DNA of 37,499 nucleotides from Candidatus Sulfotelmatobacter sp. (GTDB lineage: Bacteria; Acidobacteriota; Polarisedimenticolia; Polarisedimenticolales; DASRJG01). The stretch spans positions 1-37,499 of the forward strand of contig DATKHQ010000061.1 in assembly GCA_035510175.1 (NCBI GenBank), in the 5' to 3' direction. This document shows positions 36,701-37,499 of the stretch, one piece after another. The notes under the pieces are model-generated. The model made no database searches and was not told the DNA's origin. It saw only the letters and a program-made list of their open reading frames with translations. Each line of letters starts with the position of its first letter. Position 1 is the first letter of the stretch. Made by a program: the position numbers and the translations under genes.

Positions 36701-37499
36701 CATCGACCTGGACCACGGCCAACCCGGGGTCGCGCACGTTCACGGCGCCGCTCGTCAACCCGGTGGCGATCGTCGACAGCGACTTCGCAGGCGCCGGAGC
36801 CACGCAGGACGAGCAGCTGATCACCCCGGCAACCGACCTCTCCTCGGCGACGGGTGTGACGCTCGACTTCGACCAGTACTTCCGCTGGTACAGCGGCGGC
36901 GGGAACGAGATCGGCGACGTCGACGTCCGCTCGACGCTCACGGGGAACGCCTGGGTGAACGTCTTCCGCAACCAGGGCGCCTCGAGCAACAACCCCGACC
37001 ACCGGACGCTCACGATCACCCCGCAGGCCGCCGGGGCCGCGAACGTCCAGATCCGTTTCCACTACTACCAGGGGAGCGACGACTGGTACTGGCAAGTCGA
37101 CAACGTCAAGCTCACCGACACGGCTCCGACCGGATGTTCGATGAACGTCTGCGCGGGGCCGCCGGCGCCGCCTCCGGTCCCCGACGGCAGCTTCGGGCAG
37201 CCCGCAAGGGCCTCGCGCGCCGCGTCCGACGGGTCGTCGATCAACCTCACGTGGGACACCACGACCTGCGTCGCCGGCGATTATCACGTGCTCTACGGAC
37301 CGCTCTCGGGACTTCCGACCACGACGGTCTCCGGGAGCGTGTGCGACCTCGGAACCTCCGGCGCCTACAGCTGGACTCACGTTCCGGCCGGCAACCTCTG
37401 GTTCGTCATCGTCTCCGACGACAACGTGTCGATCGAGGGGAGCTGGGGAACCGCGACCTCCGGGCCGATGGGGGGGACGACGGTCTCCGGGATGTGCGG
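33760..37499 (+). CDS. 3'-truncated secreted multidomain serine protease: S1 lysyl-endopeptidase-like domain, FN3-like domain, proprotein-convertase P-domain, further jelly-roll domains
   Basis: Not in the supplied ORF track because no stop occurs before the window end. I translated frame 1 (positions with pos mod 3 = 1) from ATG 33760, just after in-frame TGA 33736-38, to 37499 and saw no stop. S1 triad context: SCNIDINC, LTSWHC (His codon 34588-90), SDFTLLEM, GSSGGP (Ser codon 34951-53). FN3-like ITWTTNEAADSRVRYG. P-domain VNVTVNITHPYDADLEISLIAPNGTSVPL...QGNWQLKVADREAEDIGTLDGWTLSL. Later WYWQVDNVKL. Confidence 0.8.
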   Translation, partial: MSPRIASRHVCSRCFLRPVARLAMILTFGMGSAVLAGSLAPQPVSFSGAAGVPQGEVRSWDSAPVDVPRLLAEDAANAKIPGIPLRIGFPMAVDLEPANSGTWETLPGGDRLWRLRVVSRGARWIELGFDAFRLRAGAAMWVYDAGHRTVVGPYTSADVRDHGELWPPPIEGSETVVELLWPRTLAGQTPRLHIGTVSHGYKAFGSIGRDLLPGAGDLSANASGSCNIDINCPLGANWQDQKRGVVILMSGGSSFCSGSMINDTANDCKAYVLTSWHCGAGASTQFGFNYERSACGSGDPPGPTTYMVSGATVRGSYSTSDFTLLEMSALPPDSYNFYLSGWSHDPNPATMTWVIHHPSGDFKKISHDNDPPVDGINWGPSHWRINQYEQGTTEPGSSGGPLFDQNHRIVGQLHSGTASCTSLTWDEYGKVAVSWSGGGTAASRLSDWLDPGNTGATVWDGLDGSVCYFQPAGTITLNRSTYSCSDSMTIHLRDDNLRGNPTQTVNAKSTSEPAGETVTLSAVAPGSGDFQGNFPTTGGAAVTGDSQLSVANGDTITVTYIDADDGAGGTNVPRTATATADCLAPIISGVGSTDVTGSSARITWTTNEAADSRVRYGTAPPPGSSTYAAPLVTAHSVTLTGLAECTHHIYSVESADAATNLATDNAGGAYYGFDTLRNTNPAFAGPGGLAIPDNNANGVTSTISVSDTQTVVDVNVTVNITHPYDADLEISLIAPNGTSVPLATRRGSSGQNFVGTTFDDSAATAISAGSAPFTGSFRPESPLAAATGISAQGNWQLKVADREAEDIGTLDGWTLSLLYPGEPCGPHAKYETHTLVQDACATGGPGNGDTYWDPGETAQFSVTLENDGTVALTGVSATLVPTTPGVTMITATATYPSIATGATAVSNAPHFKASLPTSLACGSSIGFNVVVSSDQGSWTTPMTQTIGHVLPGGGTPINEAFTSGIPGTWSVIDGGSGGGPASTWTTANPGSRTFTAPLVNPVAIVDSDFAGAGATQDEQLITPATDLSSATGVTLDFDQYFRWYSGGGNEIGDVDVRSTLTGNAWVNVFRNQGASSNNPDHRTLTITPQAAGAANVQIRFHYYQGSDDWYWQVDNVKLTDTAPTGCSMNVCAGPPAPPPVPDGSFGQPARASRAASDGSSINLTWDTTTCVAGDYHVLYGPLSGLPTTTVSGSVCDLGTSGAYSWTHVPAGNLWFVIVSDDNVSIEGSWGTATSGPMGGTTVSGMC

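Overview
High-GC (roughly 70% by eye) chromosomal segment from a diderm bacterium; lineage cannot be assigned from sequence alone. I call 27 protein-coding genes and found no rRNA, tRNA, CRISPR array, transposase or integrase. Bases 1-17977 are mostly housekeeping or accessory: thioredoxin-like protein, uracil-DNA glycosylase, HAD phosphatase, LOG protein, two futalosine-pathway menaquinone genes, ABC-F ATPase, a MacAB-like efflux pump with a YHS protein, RmuC, and a VIT-vWA protein. The main result is 18164-31840, a one-strand cluster of exported proteins. It holds an NHL propeller, a clear homologue of the Geobacter OmcS hexaheme nanowire cytochrome, and a strong intrinsic terminator. After that comes a tightly packed ~11 kb operon: YVTN beta-propeller, outer-membrane barrel with an inserted discoidin-like domain, two CsgG/LpoB-like proteins, a SurA-like chaperone, a 26-heme and a 16-heme cytochrome, and a second NHL propeller. 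I read this as a cytochrome-nanowire production, secretion and charging system with 48 CXXCH sites. A large multidomain serine protease gene (33760 to beyond 37499) is missing from the supplied ORF track because it runs off the window. Many long Arg/Pro/Gly-rich track ORFs are antisense or out-of-frame shadows and were rejected.
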